Origin: Phyllosticta citribraziliensis
Taxonomy: Eukaryota
Assembly (NCBI RefSeq): GCF_038025025.1
Contig: NW_027117347.1
Coordinates: 186,001-250,000 of the forward strand
Direction: 5' to 3'
Length of the DNA stretch: 64,000 nucleotides
In this document: positions 48,113-60,845 of the stretch, in pieces
Layout of the letters: the number at the start of each line of letters is the position of its first letter
Position numbering within the stretch: the first letter of the stretch is position 1
Position numbers and translations under genes: made by a program
The notes under the pieces: generated by a model
Databases searched by the model: none
The model's input: only the letters and a program-made list of their open reading frames with translations
What the model was told of the DNA's origin: nothing

Positions 48113-51100
48113 ATCCCTCTGGACGTTGGACGTCAGTGTGATGATGGAGTTGATTAAAGGTGAGCCGGATCAGCCATGGGTGGATCCAGGGCGGTGGAGC
48201 AGCAGATGGACGGTTCGAGACGTTGGATGAAAGGGCGGGTACGTCGGTAGCGTTGTGTGGGCGGCGTGAGCGGTGTCGATGGGCAAAAGCGGTGGTTGGT
48301 TTCGATCGCGGACGTCTTGGTGGAAGCCGGGTGGGCGATATGGGGGGCGGTTAGATGGAAGGATGGGGCAAACAGGGTCGCAACAGAGAGCCGACAAGGG
48401 CGTGTATAAGGCAGAGGCGTGGACGGGCGACATGTTTAGGTGGGCGCATGGTGGGAGGTGACGACAAGCAGGACTTTGCTCGATCTTGAGGAACAAAAAC
48501 CGGGGTCCTGGCATCGCGGACATCGCTGAACGCTGAATGGCAGCGGGCACAGACCAGATCGTTCGTACACAGGGCCAGAACCACGCATCGAGATTTGCTG
48601 CGCATCCCTCAGCTCACCAGCCAGACGCATCGACGATTGCCCGTCATCCAGGAAGGCCGCTTCGGGAAGTGTGCGACGGCGGGCACGGGCAAAGGGTCTG
48701 ATGGCGCCGGGATGCGGCTGGGGGGCGTTTGCTGGAACAGCAGACCGGGTAGCATTGCTGGGCAGACGGGACCGGGTCGCAGAGGCGGTGGTGGTGGTGG
48801 GCGGAGCCGTGGTGGTGAGGCCGAGGGCGAGGGTGCTGGCGCTGGCGAGGGCGACATGGAGGAGAGGGAGCAGTGAGGCGCGAGGCGAGCCGTCATGGGT
48901 CGAAAGCGGTTAGCGCAGGGCCCTTGGAAATCTGGAGAACGAGGGCCATCGCTGCCGTGGCATCAATTGCATCAGCCCGCAGATCCCGGCAGCGCAGCGC
49001 AGCGCAGACTCTCCGTCACTGTACATGTCGCTACAACTATCCATCACCAACCACACTCTGCATGCGCCGAACATTATCGCCAGCACGACGTCCGACTCGC
49101 TGCGTTTCGGCAGCTTTTTCCCTCCCCTCACCGCGCGCCGCTCGCCGCTCCGCCCTGCCCTCCGCCCTCGTCCGCCGACGGCCCTGCTCCCGACCGACGC
49201 CGACGCCGACGCCAGGTTCCATTCCTCAGCCTCAACACCACACCCCGGCCTCCCTCACCGTCGCCAGACGACCCGTTTGAAGGGTCCATCAGCCGCTCTT
49301 TGCCTCCTTCCCTCTGGATTCCTCATCCACACGGCCCGCGCCACCCTCGATCGATTCAGCACTCCCGTCACGCGCCATGGGAACCCATTCCGCTGAAACA
49401 TTCCATCTACCTACCGCACACCATTCACTGCCCCCATCCCGGCCGCCCCAGCCTTACGCAAAGGCCTTTGTTGCTGACAAGCCGTCGCCGTTGCAGCCAC
49501 GTCCGCTGCTCTGGTGCCCTGGGCTAGGTTGTCGTCAGACCCCGACGTCATTGCCAAACCTCAACCTTCATCGACGATGAAATTGTCAACACGGGCCGCC
49601 GTCTCCAATTTCAGTCTCCTTTGGGCCCAGTTTACCGTACTCCCTTTTTCGTCAACCCTTCCGATTGGCCCTCTTCCAAAAATGTGTCGTGCAGTGGCGA
49701 ACATCACCGGCCTTCTCCGACCTCTGCCGCTCCTACTCTCGCCCGCCGGCCTCATGACTCCCTCTCGTTTCACGCCACTGCGCGGCCTGGTCGTCTTTCG
49801 GGCCTCAACCGCCTGTTGTTGGCCGTTGCTGCGCGCCGACTGAAATTCCATTCGAATCCATTCAGGCCGTCGTATTGCTTTTTCCCACCGCCCCGGCCGC
49901 CGCGCCCGCCTTCTGCTTGTACGCCTGCAAATCTGATCTAGACGCTTCTTGCGCCCTTCCTCGCGCTTCCCTCTTGCATCACGCAGCTCGTAGCTGAGGC
50001 CCAGACCAATTGAGGGCATGTTCCGTCGGTCTATTTTGGCGGCCGTGTTGCGCAGTGGCAAAGACGCGACCTGGTTCACTGCCTGCTTCCTTGGACGATA
50101 CTGACAGGTACCGGTACATTATTTTCAAAACAAACACGCTCGGTATTGACTAACCCGGTCGCGTCGATCGGTGATGCTTGTCGGATTAGACGTGCAAACA
50201 ACGCCACAAACCCATGGAAAACGACTGCGCTGCCTCACCTCTACGGTCACTCTAGCCCATGGCACAAGTTGCACCCCTTTGCCGAGCAGCAGCTTTCAAC
50301 AACCAAGCACACGGCTACCCGATTGTCTCCAACCCACCAACCCTGAAATTCCAGCAAAGCTTCGATCCCAAGATGGCATCGTCCGACCTTGCAATCTTTC
50401 ACTACTCACCCACCACCAACTCAAAAAACAGTACTACCCCGCAATTACAACCATCCTAGAATCGCAGCGACCAGCATCTCACCCACCATTGCGCCCATCT
50501 TTGGCCACCAAGCTCTGTTTGTCATTTCTTCGCCCAAGTAAACAAGCTAGGATCGCATACCCCAGCCGTCCGAGCAAAAAGAGTACCACCAAGGTCACTT
50601 TTAGCTCGCTCGGCTGCCCCGGCCCCCCGAGATGATCCACGGTATGCAGGGACGAAGCCAACCGCTAGCCGGAAACCCTCCAGCAATACGCGCGTGCGTT
50701 CGCCGCACCCGGGTAGGGTACCCGCGACTCGTGATGCTTCGGTTCTACGTATATTGCCTACCCATCCTCACGACGTCCCTTGCTCCCATGCCCTTTCCCA
50801 GGCACACAACCTGGTTGGTGTGCGTGCGTGCGCATCGCTAGCCACATCGTCGGGACCGGCTGGGCGGGTGGCATGGGTGTCAAGACGCGTCGAATCAAAA
50901 AAGGAAATACGCTCGTGGCAGATGAGTGGACACACGCTTCGACGCTTGCTTTCTTGCTCGACGCAAAAGAAAGCATGCGATGAACCGACATGGCAGCAGC
51001 AACAGCGCGTTTGACTCATCCACTCAGGCCAGCACTGAAGAACGAGAAAAGCACAAAACAACGGCACGGCTGGTACTACGGTTTCCGGGACGAGTTCAAG

Positions 51101-53016
51101 GAAGTGATGCTATTCTTGCTCGTTTCGAAAAACCGGTCGGTCAGCCGCCCAAACCCTCCCCCCGAGGCGGCGAGCGGCGAGCGGCAAACAGACCCTGTCG
51201 CCGCCTCCTCGTCCTGGGTTTGCTCTGCCGCCGTTGAGCTTCCTTGTCGCTTCTGTGACGAGATGCGCAGACTGGCCCGCAGGTGTGGAGGCGTCAGGGT
51301 CTAGCGTGCCGCTGTCGCCGCAAACAAAGCAGGGGGGAGAAAAAAAAAGTTGTCTTTAGGTTCGTCACAACAATCGGCAAGCCGGCTAGCCGGCATGCAT
51401 GCATGGCGCAGGCTGTCTGGGCAGTCGTGGTTTTCTGATCCAGCTGTCCGACGGTGGGTTCTGTGAATCGCTGCCTGCAGGCGACTCATTCAGCATGCGC
51501 ACCATCGCACGTCTCGTTCTGCACTGGAGGTAGGAAACGGAAGTATCTACGGTAGGTGAGAGCATTCACTTGTTTACTCGCCTAGGCCTCCCTCCACACC
51601 ACCATTTTTGTTGTTGTCTGGTCACGCACTCACTCACACACCACCGCCGGCTTTGCCTCCCGTCTGCCTCCCGTCTCCCCGTCCCGTTTCCGCTCCACAC
51701 TCCACACTGCTCCCTCCACACAAGTCTTCTCTCCCCGCGTAGGCGGCGGGCGGGCGGGCGGGCGCAGGTTGGCAGGTCAGTAAGGTAGGTGAGTGAGAAG
51801 GTGGTTGCGCTGTGCGCCTGAACACCCGCCTGCCGTCGCCGCCGCTATTGCGCGGCTCGCGGCACGCACTGACTCCTGAGCGTCCCCACACTTTGTTCTA
51901 ATTTCCTATTCCCGAACCGTATGAGTATTGTATTGCACACGTGCTCTGGAGAGGGAGAGGAAGTGGTGCGAGCTTTTTTTGTCGCTGCTGCTGCTGCTAT
52001 GTAGAGAAGTCTGGATTGGCCTCTCGTTACTTCGTTCCTCACGTTCCTTCTTTTCTCTGTCTTCTTTTCTCTTCACTCCTTCGCCTATCTCGCTCTTCGG
52101 TGGCTATGGACGTGAATGTCGATTCGAGTTTTCGCCTTCAACTTGCGTGGTCGAAATGACATCCCCACTAACGCACCCTCTTTGGTTTACCTAGTCTTGA
52201 TGTTCATCGCCCGCCTCCTATCCGCCTGGCCATTGCCCTGTCCGTCAGATCTGTCTGCTCACATTATGAAACTCGCGCAGCAGCTCAGTGCGGTACGGTA
52301 TGGTAAAGATGGTAGGAGGGGTGAGTTGGTGACTCGCCTGCTAGCTCGCCCGCTGGCCGCTGGCCGCTGGTCGCCTAGGCAGGTAGGCTGTGAATGTGGC
52401 GAGACGCAGCGCGGCTCGTCTGTGTGGGTATGTGGCTCACTAACTCACTGACTGCTTGGTCAATCGAGGCAGGGGGTGGACAGGACGCACACCATTGGAT
52501 CGGATGACAGAACGGCATCGCGGGAGTCCGAGTTGGCCGTCTCCATGGCTCTCAGCCCGGTCCTAGGAGCAGATGGCTCATGGTTGTAGGTGCAAAGGAG
52601 GAAGTGTGCTGTGGTGGGACGTGGATGAAGTAGATTCTCTCTCGCCTTCATCTGTAGGCGCGGCTTCGTGGTGGAGTAAAAAACAGTGCGATGAGCCTAG
52701 TAAACATAGCTGCAGTGTGTCCGTCTGTTTCAAACGAGTTGCAGTTGACTGTGACCGTGTTTTTTGTTTCCCTTTGATTGGCTAGGAGGGATGCCATTAA
52801 CACACAAGCCTGGCCTGCTCTACTCTCCTCCCGCCGCGAAAGAGTGAGGTGGAGAGTAAGTTCGCCGTGGTCCAGGGTGCAGCAGCGGCGCTATACCGCA
52901 TCAGGCAAGCAGAAAAGCTCGCTTAACGTCCGTCGTCCGTCGTCTTCACCTTGGTTCTTCCCTGCCTGCCAGCTGCAACATCAACACCATCGTCTCCACT
53001 CACCTGCTCCTCCACC

Positions 53017-54595
53017 ATGCCAGACATCGACACGGAGGCGCCAGACGTGCCCGTCCTCTCCTCTCTGCACACTACCACGCTGCCTCTCCCGCCTAGTTGC
53101 ATCGCGTTTGTGCCACGGTCGAGGCAGTGGTTTGTTGTCGGGACGTATTTTCTGGAGCGGGGAGAGGAGGCTGAGGGCCAGAAGAGGAGTGGGAGTTTGG
53201 TCCTGGCGAGATTGGGCGAGGGGGAGGGGCGCGATGTGTAGGTTGCCTTCTTTCTACTTTTTTTCTCTCTTCAGTCTTTTCAGTCTGTTGGTCATTCTGG
53301 GCGGGCATTTCTCTCCGTCCATCCTCAAAGCCAAACAAATGAAACGAAAAACAACTGGACCCTCCCTCCTAACGCCCACCCCCAGTACCATCACCGCAAC
53401 CCATTCAACGCCCTTTGCCATTTTCGACCTGCACTTCTCGCCGCACGAGACCACCGCCATCACATCTTCGACATCGCACCTCCTCGGCCTCGCCTCATCA
53501 ACCGGCTCCGTAGCCCTCTACGCCATCGATCCCGCCTCGCCCACCGCACCGATCCGTCACATCCGCACGCTGCAGCTCTTCCCCACGACGAGCTTGTTTA
53601 CCTATTTCTCCTGGCATCCCACGATCCCGCTGCTCGCCGCCGCCGCGCTGGCGGATGGACGCGTCGTGCTGTGTGATTGCAGCGGCAATGCCGATGATGA
53701 CGAAGTCGATTCTCGTTCTAGAAGGATTGTGACGCTGCATGCGCACGCCCTCGAGGCGTGGGTCACGGCGTTTGCGCCCGACGGCAGCGCGCTGTTCTCG
53801 GGCGGCGATGACGCGGCGCTGAAAGGCGTGGGGCTACCTCCTCCTACCCCTGCCGCTGGAGCAGGGCTCAGCGCGTCGGCGTACCTTGCGGCGGTGTCTT
53901 CTTCTCAGCCCGGAGACGGCGAGGGTGAGCAAGAGGAGGAAGGGGAAGAAGAAGAGGAGGATGGAGACGGGGCGCCGCAATTCAGTCCGCCCTGGCAATG
54001 GCAAGACGCGCGCACTCACGGCGCTGGCGTCACCTTTATCCTGCCTCTCCCTCAACCATACTCTCCCCCCACAACCACAGCGCCCGCCCCTCCTCTCCCG
54101 CCCCCCGATCTCCTCCTAACAGGCTCCTACGACGAATCCCTCCGCCTGCTCTCCCCACCCGCACGCAACGGCCTCGGTCCCCGCCGCTCGCGCGTGCTGG
54201 CAGAGATCGAGCTAGGCGGCGGCGTGTGGAGGATCGATGTCGTTGACTCCAGCATGGCCGGCCCTGTGGTGCAAGGAGGAGACAAGGAGGCGACGGCGGA
54301 GGCGGAGTGGATCCTCCTCGTCAGCTGCATGCACGCGGGGACGCGCGTCTTGCGTTTGAGCGGCACTGCAACATGTCCTGCGGCAGGAGAAAACGAGGAG
54401 GTCGATGAGGTGAAAGAAGCAGAGGGCGAGTGGGAGTGGACGTGGCAGTTTGACGTCCTAGCGCGCTTCGAAGAGCATCAGAGCATGAACTACGGTAGCG
54501 CGGTGCAGCCGCTTCGAGCCGGGGAGGCAAAGAAAAAGCGGACCGTCGTCAGCACCAGCTTCTACGATCGGCTGGTTTGTGTGTGGGAGTTCTAG
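53017..54595 (+). CDS. DPH7: Diphthine methyl ester esterase (WD40; Dph7/Rrt2/WDR85)
   Basis: LPPSCIAF...VVGTYFLE...RSGSL; intron 53238-53385; AIFDLHF, HALEAW, SGGDD, HGAGVT, TGSYDE, LGGGVWR, SCMHAG, EHQSMNYG, STSFYD. Confidence 0.88.
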
Positions 54596-55656
54596 CGTCG
54601 TCCCCATGGACGAGAAGAAGAAAAAGATAACGGGCTGCGATGACAAAGCGCCGTTCTCCTCAGAAGCTTCTGGTCTTGACGGCGTAGTTGGTGTCGAAGA
54701 GAATAATATGTTCACTCCTGGCACTGACAGCGGCTGGCTGGCTCCAGCCAGCATTCCTCCACTGCTGCGGATGGAGCTGTGGAGCTGCTGTTGTCCACCG
54801 TGGAGCTACACCGCGACATATCGCTGCTGCTTTCGACACGACCTTGCCATCACAATCCGCACTGCCTGGCGGGTAACAAACATCTTCCAGCGTTCCACCA
54901 GCGTGCCCGACGTCAACAAACTTCAACAACGAAAGACAAGAACTCCGCTTTCCTACCACGCCGCGGGCGGTTGCCGGGTCGAATGACCCTATGGCATTTC
55001 ATCTGCGACTGATGGATGGAGAATGATCTGTGTGTACGAAGCCGCCGTGCCGAGTGCGAGGTTGAGACTGGATTGCAAAGGCGACCTGTCTTGCGTTGGT
55101 TCTGGGAGCGTTCAGGGGTCGGTCAGGGGTAAGAGAGGGTTTGAAGAGACACAGCAGGCTTGTCAAAGGAGAATCGAGATTGTTGATTAAGCGCCATCCG
55201 AAGGCGGAGACCGAGTATCTACGGACTGATCCGAGTACTACCAGTACAGAGCTGGTACGTGTAGATCAATCTCCGTCGAGCGCCGGTAAAAAGGTACTTC
55301 TCTCAGCCGTCTGATTTGCATGGAAGTGTCATAAAGTTCGTCTTGCCGAGGCCCCTTTTTTACATATTCTCTTGCATGTTTTTCCCTCACTATCTCCTCG
55401 GCCGTGTCGGCGAAGTCGTCGTACCATCTGTAGTCAGCCTGGTTTACTTCAACATGATGCGATAGGACCATCTCAGGGGATCATCACAACAGCAGTCGAG
55501 AGTTCCATCAGTACGAGAATACTCGTGAATTGACTGGCCAAACAAAAATGCTCAAACAACGATGCATCATCAAAACCGAGACCCAGCGCTAAATGACCCC
55601 AGAGAAATTCAACGACTCCTCAGCCACGTCCGGCGGCCCCCACGATGCAAACACAC

Positions 55657-57295
55657 CTACTCAGCCACCTTCAAGTCCCTGCGCCACACCTTGACCGGCA
55701 TGTCCTTGATCAACCAATTCATCGTCTCCTCGCGCTGCAAGTCCCACTCGGGGTGCGGCAGCGCAAAATCGTAGCGACGGACGATACTGGCCAGCACAAT
55801 CTCCTGCTCCAGGTAGGTAATGTTGCGGCCAATGCAGCCGCGGGCGCCGGCCGAAAAGGACAAAAAGTACGACTGCAGCGACTTGCCCTTGTCGCCGAGC
55901 CAGCGCTCCGGGATGAACTTTTCGGCGTCGTGCCACACCTTCTCGTCGCGGTGCGCCACCAGCGCCGACATGCCGACGGTCGTGCCGCCGGGGATCCAGT
56001 CGTCGAGCACGCGGCAGCCCTCGGACGGCGTCTCGCGCGGCAGGTTGTGCGGCGTCGGCGGGAAGAGGCGCAGCGACTCGTCCAGCACCGCCTTGAGGTA
56101 CGGCAGGTGCTTGATCTTGGGGTAGGGGGCGTAGACCTCGTCCGGGTCGAGCGCCTCGTCGAGCTCGTCGCGCAGCTTTTGCAGAACTTCTGGGTGCTTG
56201 AGGAGTTGGAAGAGCACGTTGGTCAGCGCAAGGGCCGTCGTCACGCTGCCGGCGTTGAGCATGATGTTCATTTCGGAAACAACTTCGCCGAACGGGACGT
56301 TGTTGTCTTCGCCGTACTTGTTCTTCATGAGGGCGGAGAAAAAGTCTTCCAATGGCTCGCCTGCTTGGTATCTCTTGAGGCGGCGAGTGGTGAGTTCGGT
56401 AGGGATGCCGTCCCACATCTGGCCGTTATGGCCCATGCGGCAGAAACTGGGAAAGGCGTAGTTGGTGAGCTTGTCCAACACCTTGTACCAGTCGTACGAC
56501 CAGATAATGTACGACTGCTTCCGGGCATTGTCGTAGAGACACTCGCGTAAATGGCAGGTGTACTTGGATCCATCTGGCCTGCTGACGGTGACGCGGTCAT
56601 CGTCCGTGTCGAGGAATCCAAGACGTTCAGAGAGGCCAATGTCGGCAATGGCGTCCAAGCTGAAGTAGTTGGCCCACTTGCGCCAGTCAAGATTGACTTC
56701 GTCCTCTCTGGGGATCGTCTCGCCCTTTGGAAGGGGATCGGTGCAGCACTTGTCCATGTGTGCCATGAGCCTCACAGTCTTGTCCAAGACCTTGGCCTCC
56801 CAGCCCTCGAGGTTCTTGATGGCGTACGCGGCCGAGAGGTATTTGCGTTTTCGCGCATGGTCTTTGCGGTCGATGACGTCGGCGAGGTGATAGTATTCGC
56901 CAGCACCAACCCTGTACTGGCCATCTTTGATGCACTTGGTGTTGTGGCCGTAAATGTCCTTGATCGCACGCGTATCGCCGTAAGACAGGGCGTTGGGGCC
57001 GATCCTGATGACGGGGTGCTTCTTGTGCATTTGCACCAGGTGCGAAGAGCGTGCGCCGGTGTAGGCCAGCAACATGAACGGTAGGTTGGAAATGGCCGCC
57101 AGCGGCGTCATGTTTGGAAATTTCCTAAGACCTTGGCCATATTAGCTAATCGCTCAGCTGCGAATCATCAGGGCGGTTACCTTTTGGGTCGCGAATGTAT
57201 TCAAAACAAGGGAAGACGACAAAGTAAAACAGGACGCTAGCCCCAACCAGGGCCAGGGCAGACGGCAAGCTCACAGTCTGGATCATGGCTGTCAT
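55657..57295 (-). CDS. Cytochrome P450 monooxygenase (benzoate-4-hydroxylase-like group, substrate unknown)
   Basis: N-terminal TM helix, DPKG|LRKFP (intron 57132-57180), IRIGPN, AGSVTT, ESLR, PERW, heme motif FSAGARGCIG. Start at 57295 or 57286. Confidence 0.95.
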
Positions 57296-57926
57296 GGTGG
57301 TCTTGTTGGATTCAAAGACTGATGAAAGTTGTGGAGGAAACGGCGTGCCATGTGCAACTGACGGTGTCAAGCTCGTCGTAAATTCTGGTCCTTATTATAT
57401 CCAACTTCTCCTTCCAACGACGCAGGACAGTGTAGCTGCTGAAGCCGCAAGACGGGCTCGGCCAAGCGAGGGATAGTTTGTTCCGTTAGGCGGCGGCTGA
57501 GTTTGGAAAGTCTAGCGCTGAAAGTGGATATCGACCGGCGAGTGGGACGGATTTCCGGATCCGGGCCCCATCCGGCAATTTCTTCCTGCTTCCCCAGATC
57601 TTCAACCCCACAACCTGGCTACTAGCCATCGACAACCACTCAAAAAGTTGGCGGGATAGGGAACGCGAGCATCGTGAGTGCAAAATCCAAGCACCCCGCG
57701 TTCTTGGCGTATTTTTTGCATCCTGCGGGATTGCAGACCCGGAGTGGTGCATTGAAAAGACAAGACTGGGCCTGCCAACTCTGTCGTCATAGCCGGCGTG
57801 GGAGGGGCTCTCGACGGCGGATTAAGACGAGAAAAGCTCCGGAAGCGGACAGCACCAGAGAGGCAAGTTTAGAGCGAGGGCGACGTTCGCTTTCCGTGGT
57901 TCAACTTCCTCGGTTGGAAACGATGA

Positions 57927-60082
57927 CTACGCACTCCAAGTCTCCTTCAAAGTGTTGACCACTCTCTCAGTGCGCCAGCCAATCTTCCTCTCCATGTCCA
58001 GGAGAAACTCCACCGCGGCCTCGCGATCTCTTTCTGATTCCAGATAAGAGCCGCCTGTTGTGCTCAGCCTCGTTCAAAGTGGAGCAGCCGAGTTAAACTT
58101 ACAGGTCAAGAGGATGTGTGAAGCATGGTTCATTGCAGAGGATGCAAAAGGGTTGGTGATGGCCAAGCCGATGACGATGCGGAGATTCGAGAGGATGATG
58201 CCCTGTACGCAACGATCAGCTGCGGAAGGATGTCGTTGTGGGCGTGCAGACGCACCTCTGATGCTTTGCGCAACTTGTGGCTCCCGAACCCGAGCTTGAG
58301 GAGGTGCGGATCATAGGAAGCGAGCAGTATTTTGGCGAGGCTGTAGTACTGTTGCCCGACGACTACGCAAACCCAACGTCAGCCACGGATCTATCCGCAA
58401 CGCAAAATACGCACCATGTGCCGGCAACGTCATCCATATCTCAGGAAATGGAGACCCGATATCTTTTGGCTCATTGACCCACAAGGGCCGGAAGTGATGC
58501 GGCTTGTTGGCGTTCCAGGCCTCCACGTCTCCGCAAAGTTGCTTCCACTGTTCAAACGACGAATTGTCTTCCTCTTGGTTTTGTTGACTGCAGTAGTTGA
58601 GGACGTGGGCAAAGGTGTAGATTATCCGGTTCGCCCAAGCACAATCGCTCTCGTCTTCAAAGACGTGCGACTTGCGGTATATTTCCAGGTTGCAGTTGAC
58701 GGGCTCGCCAGTCGTCAGCGAGACGTAGAGATCTTGGCGAATGAAGATCCAGGCCGCCGCCTCACCTAGGCCACCCCGGGGCAGCATGTGAGCGATTGAG
58801 TTGATTAGTCGGGTTCCGCCGTAGAGGTGCGTTTTTTGGTCACGATCTCAGCCTCGGTCAGCGTCGGCTTGGCAAGGGGAGGTGGCGGACATACCATCCA
58901 TTTCCTCGTACAATCGGAGGATAACGATTGCGGCGAGAAGGTTCTCGTCGAGGGCAGCAAGGGGGTCCTCCAAAACGGGTATCAAGATACGCAAGCACTC
59001 GCTCATGTATGACGCAGACTGAAGATCCTCCGTGCCGTGAGCACCATTGAGGACCCTTGAAGCCAGAGCCAGAATGGCATTGGCGATGACAGGATAGCTC
59101 ATGGCACGGCGAGGTACTTCGGTACCGAAGTGACCAGCTTCGTCACAGCAATCGACCTTGTATTGTCAGCCAACGACATCAATCCGGCATGCCACCTACA
59201 TGAGGGCCCAGGAATTGCACATAGTATTGAAACAGGCGCGCTTCATCCTCCGTCCTGATGGTCCATATTGGCGAGGGTTGATATAAGATTGAGACGGGAC
59301 TCCATATACCACCCGCCGGGCTGGCCGACTGGATGGATGGCGTATCATGAGATATCTCCTGATGGACCCGCCCGCTGTCCGAATGTGAGGTGACCGACGC
59401 ATTCTCCCGCCGTCGTAGCACCTCGAAATGCGCGCCAAGCTCCGAGTGACTGGGCGTAATGGTAGGGGTACCAGACGTTGGATCGGCAGCGTGGGAAGGG
59501 GACGCTGCGATTGATGGCCGGGGCCTGGACGGTCGTACAAACGTCTGCTTGCCCTGAGCTCTCGAATCCCCATCCAATGTCTTGAAAGTCTCGTCCTCCA
59601 GCTCCTCCAGTGTGGATGCCGGTTGGATGAACGTCACTATTCACACTTAGCCCTACCCCACGGGGTTTGAAACCACGGAAATGGAGAACGGCACGGACCG
59701 GACGGTATATCTACCCATACTTGGTCCTCTCTGTAGTCGAGCTGGACATGATCGAGCTTGCCGGGCTCGGACCTTTTTTCTCGGACGCTGGTGACGGGCC
59801 GGAATCGAATGGTAAGACCCCTTCGGCATTCACGTCCCGACGTAATACACCTCTTGCACTTGTCTTCTCCGGGCTGCGTCGTGCCTATATAGAAAGCCAA
59901 ATGCGGTTAGTACGTATCCTTCGAAGGAGGTTTGTTGTACGAGGTCTCATCCACATTTCAAATGTCGGTCCCGGCATGCGTGGCTTGAGAGGTGAGTCAG
60001 TCAGGTGTTTGACGGGCATTCCTTTCTCGAGCGACGAGTTCCTGAAAGAATCGGGCACTTACCACCCCACAGAAGTCCTCAT
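57927..60082 (-). CDS. Zn(II)2Cys6 transcription factor with fungal-specific C-terminal domain
   Basis: Micro-exons 60082-60063 and 59983-59955 plus an exon from 59884 give MRTSVGCHACRDRHLKCTTQPGEDKCKRCITSGREC. Later exons include EARLFQYY, AILALAS, LLAAIVILRLYEEM, GLGEAAAWIFIRQD, WANRI, PFPEIW, ending IGWRTE...WSA*. Confidence 0.88.
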
Positions 60083-60845
60083 ATCGTGACGCAACGTTCC
60101 GTGCAAAGAAAGCAATCGTGCGCCGCAGCGAGCTCGAGCTGAAGGCTTTTCATTGCCGAAAGGTGGGACGACCAAACCCCAAGCGCGAGGAGAGATTGCT
60201 GCGCGTCAGGGTGGAAGTGGAATTCATTCAGCGATGCCAGCAGGAAGGTGATTGACGATGGGAATGCAAGGAGCAGTTATTTCCCGCTAGCGCCTGGCGG
60301 CTCCGGGAGACGGACGGGAAAGACTGCCTTTTATGACGAACCCTGCTAGACAGACGTGGCAGGTTTCCAACGACCGGGGAAAATTTCCCCGACCATGTTG
60401 ACGTGCATTGCCTGTCCAACCAGGACGCTTCTTCCAGCCCTAGTCCCACACGATGGACCGAAACGGCAACCATCCATGCATCGAGGCGAGCCGAGCCAAA
60501 CAGTCGACCCCAAGCTCCAACAACCACATTCCGGCCAATCGTCTCGTGCGCTTTGACAACGGCACCTGGGACCTTCCATCGGGACCACAATTGCGGCTCG
60601 TCGAGCGCCAGTCCGGGGTTGTGGTGGGACAATCTGGGGAAAGCTGGGGTAGAATCTGGGGTAATGCGGTGTGGACGAACAAGTCCCCCGCCCTCCACGT
60701 GTATAAATAATAGACGGGTGCAGCCCTGATGAACTAAGCGGTTTCTGGGCCTTTACACGCGGGATCCCAGCATTGTCCATTTCGAACCTTTCCATCAAAG
60801 TTTTTGGGTCGCGTCCGTCGCTCTCCGACACTTGTCCACTCCGCC

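Noticed and set aside
54600..55560. Short ORF 55238-55471 and neighbours as a gene
   Set aside because: No recognisable motif or consistent splice model. It may be a relic but I cannot support it.
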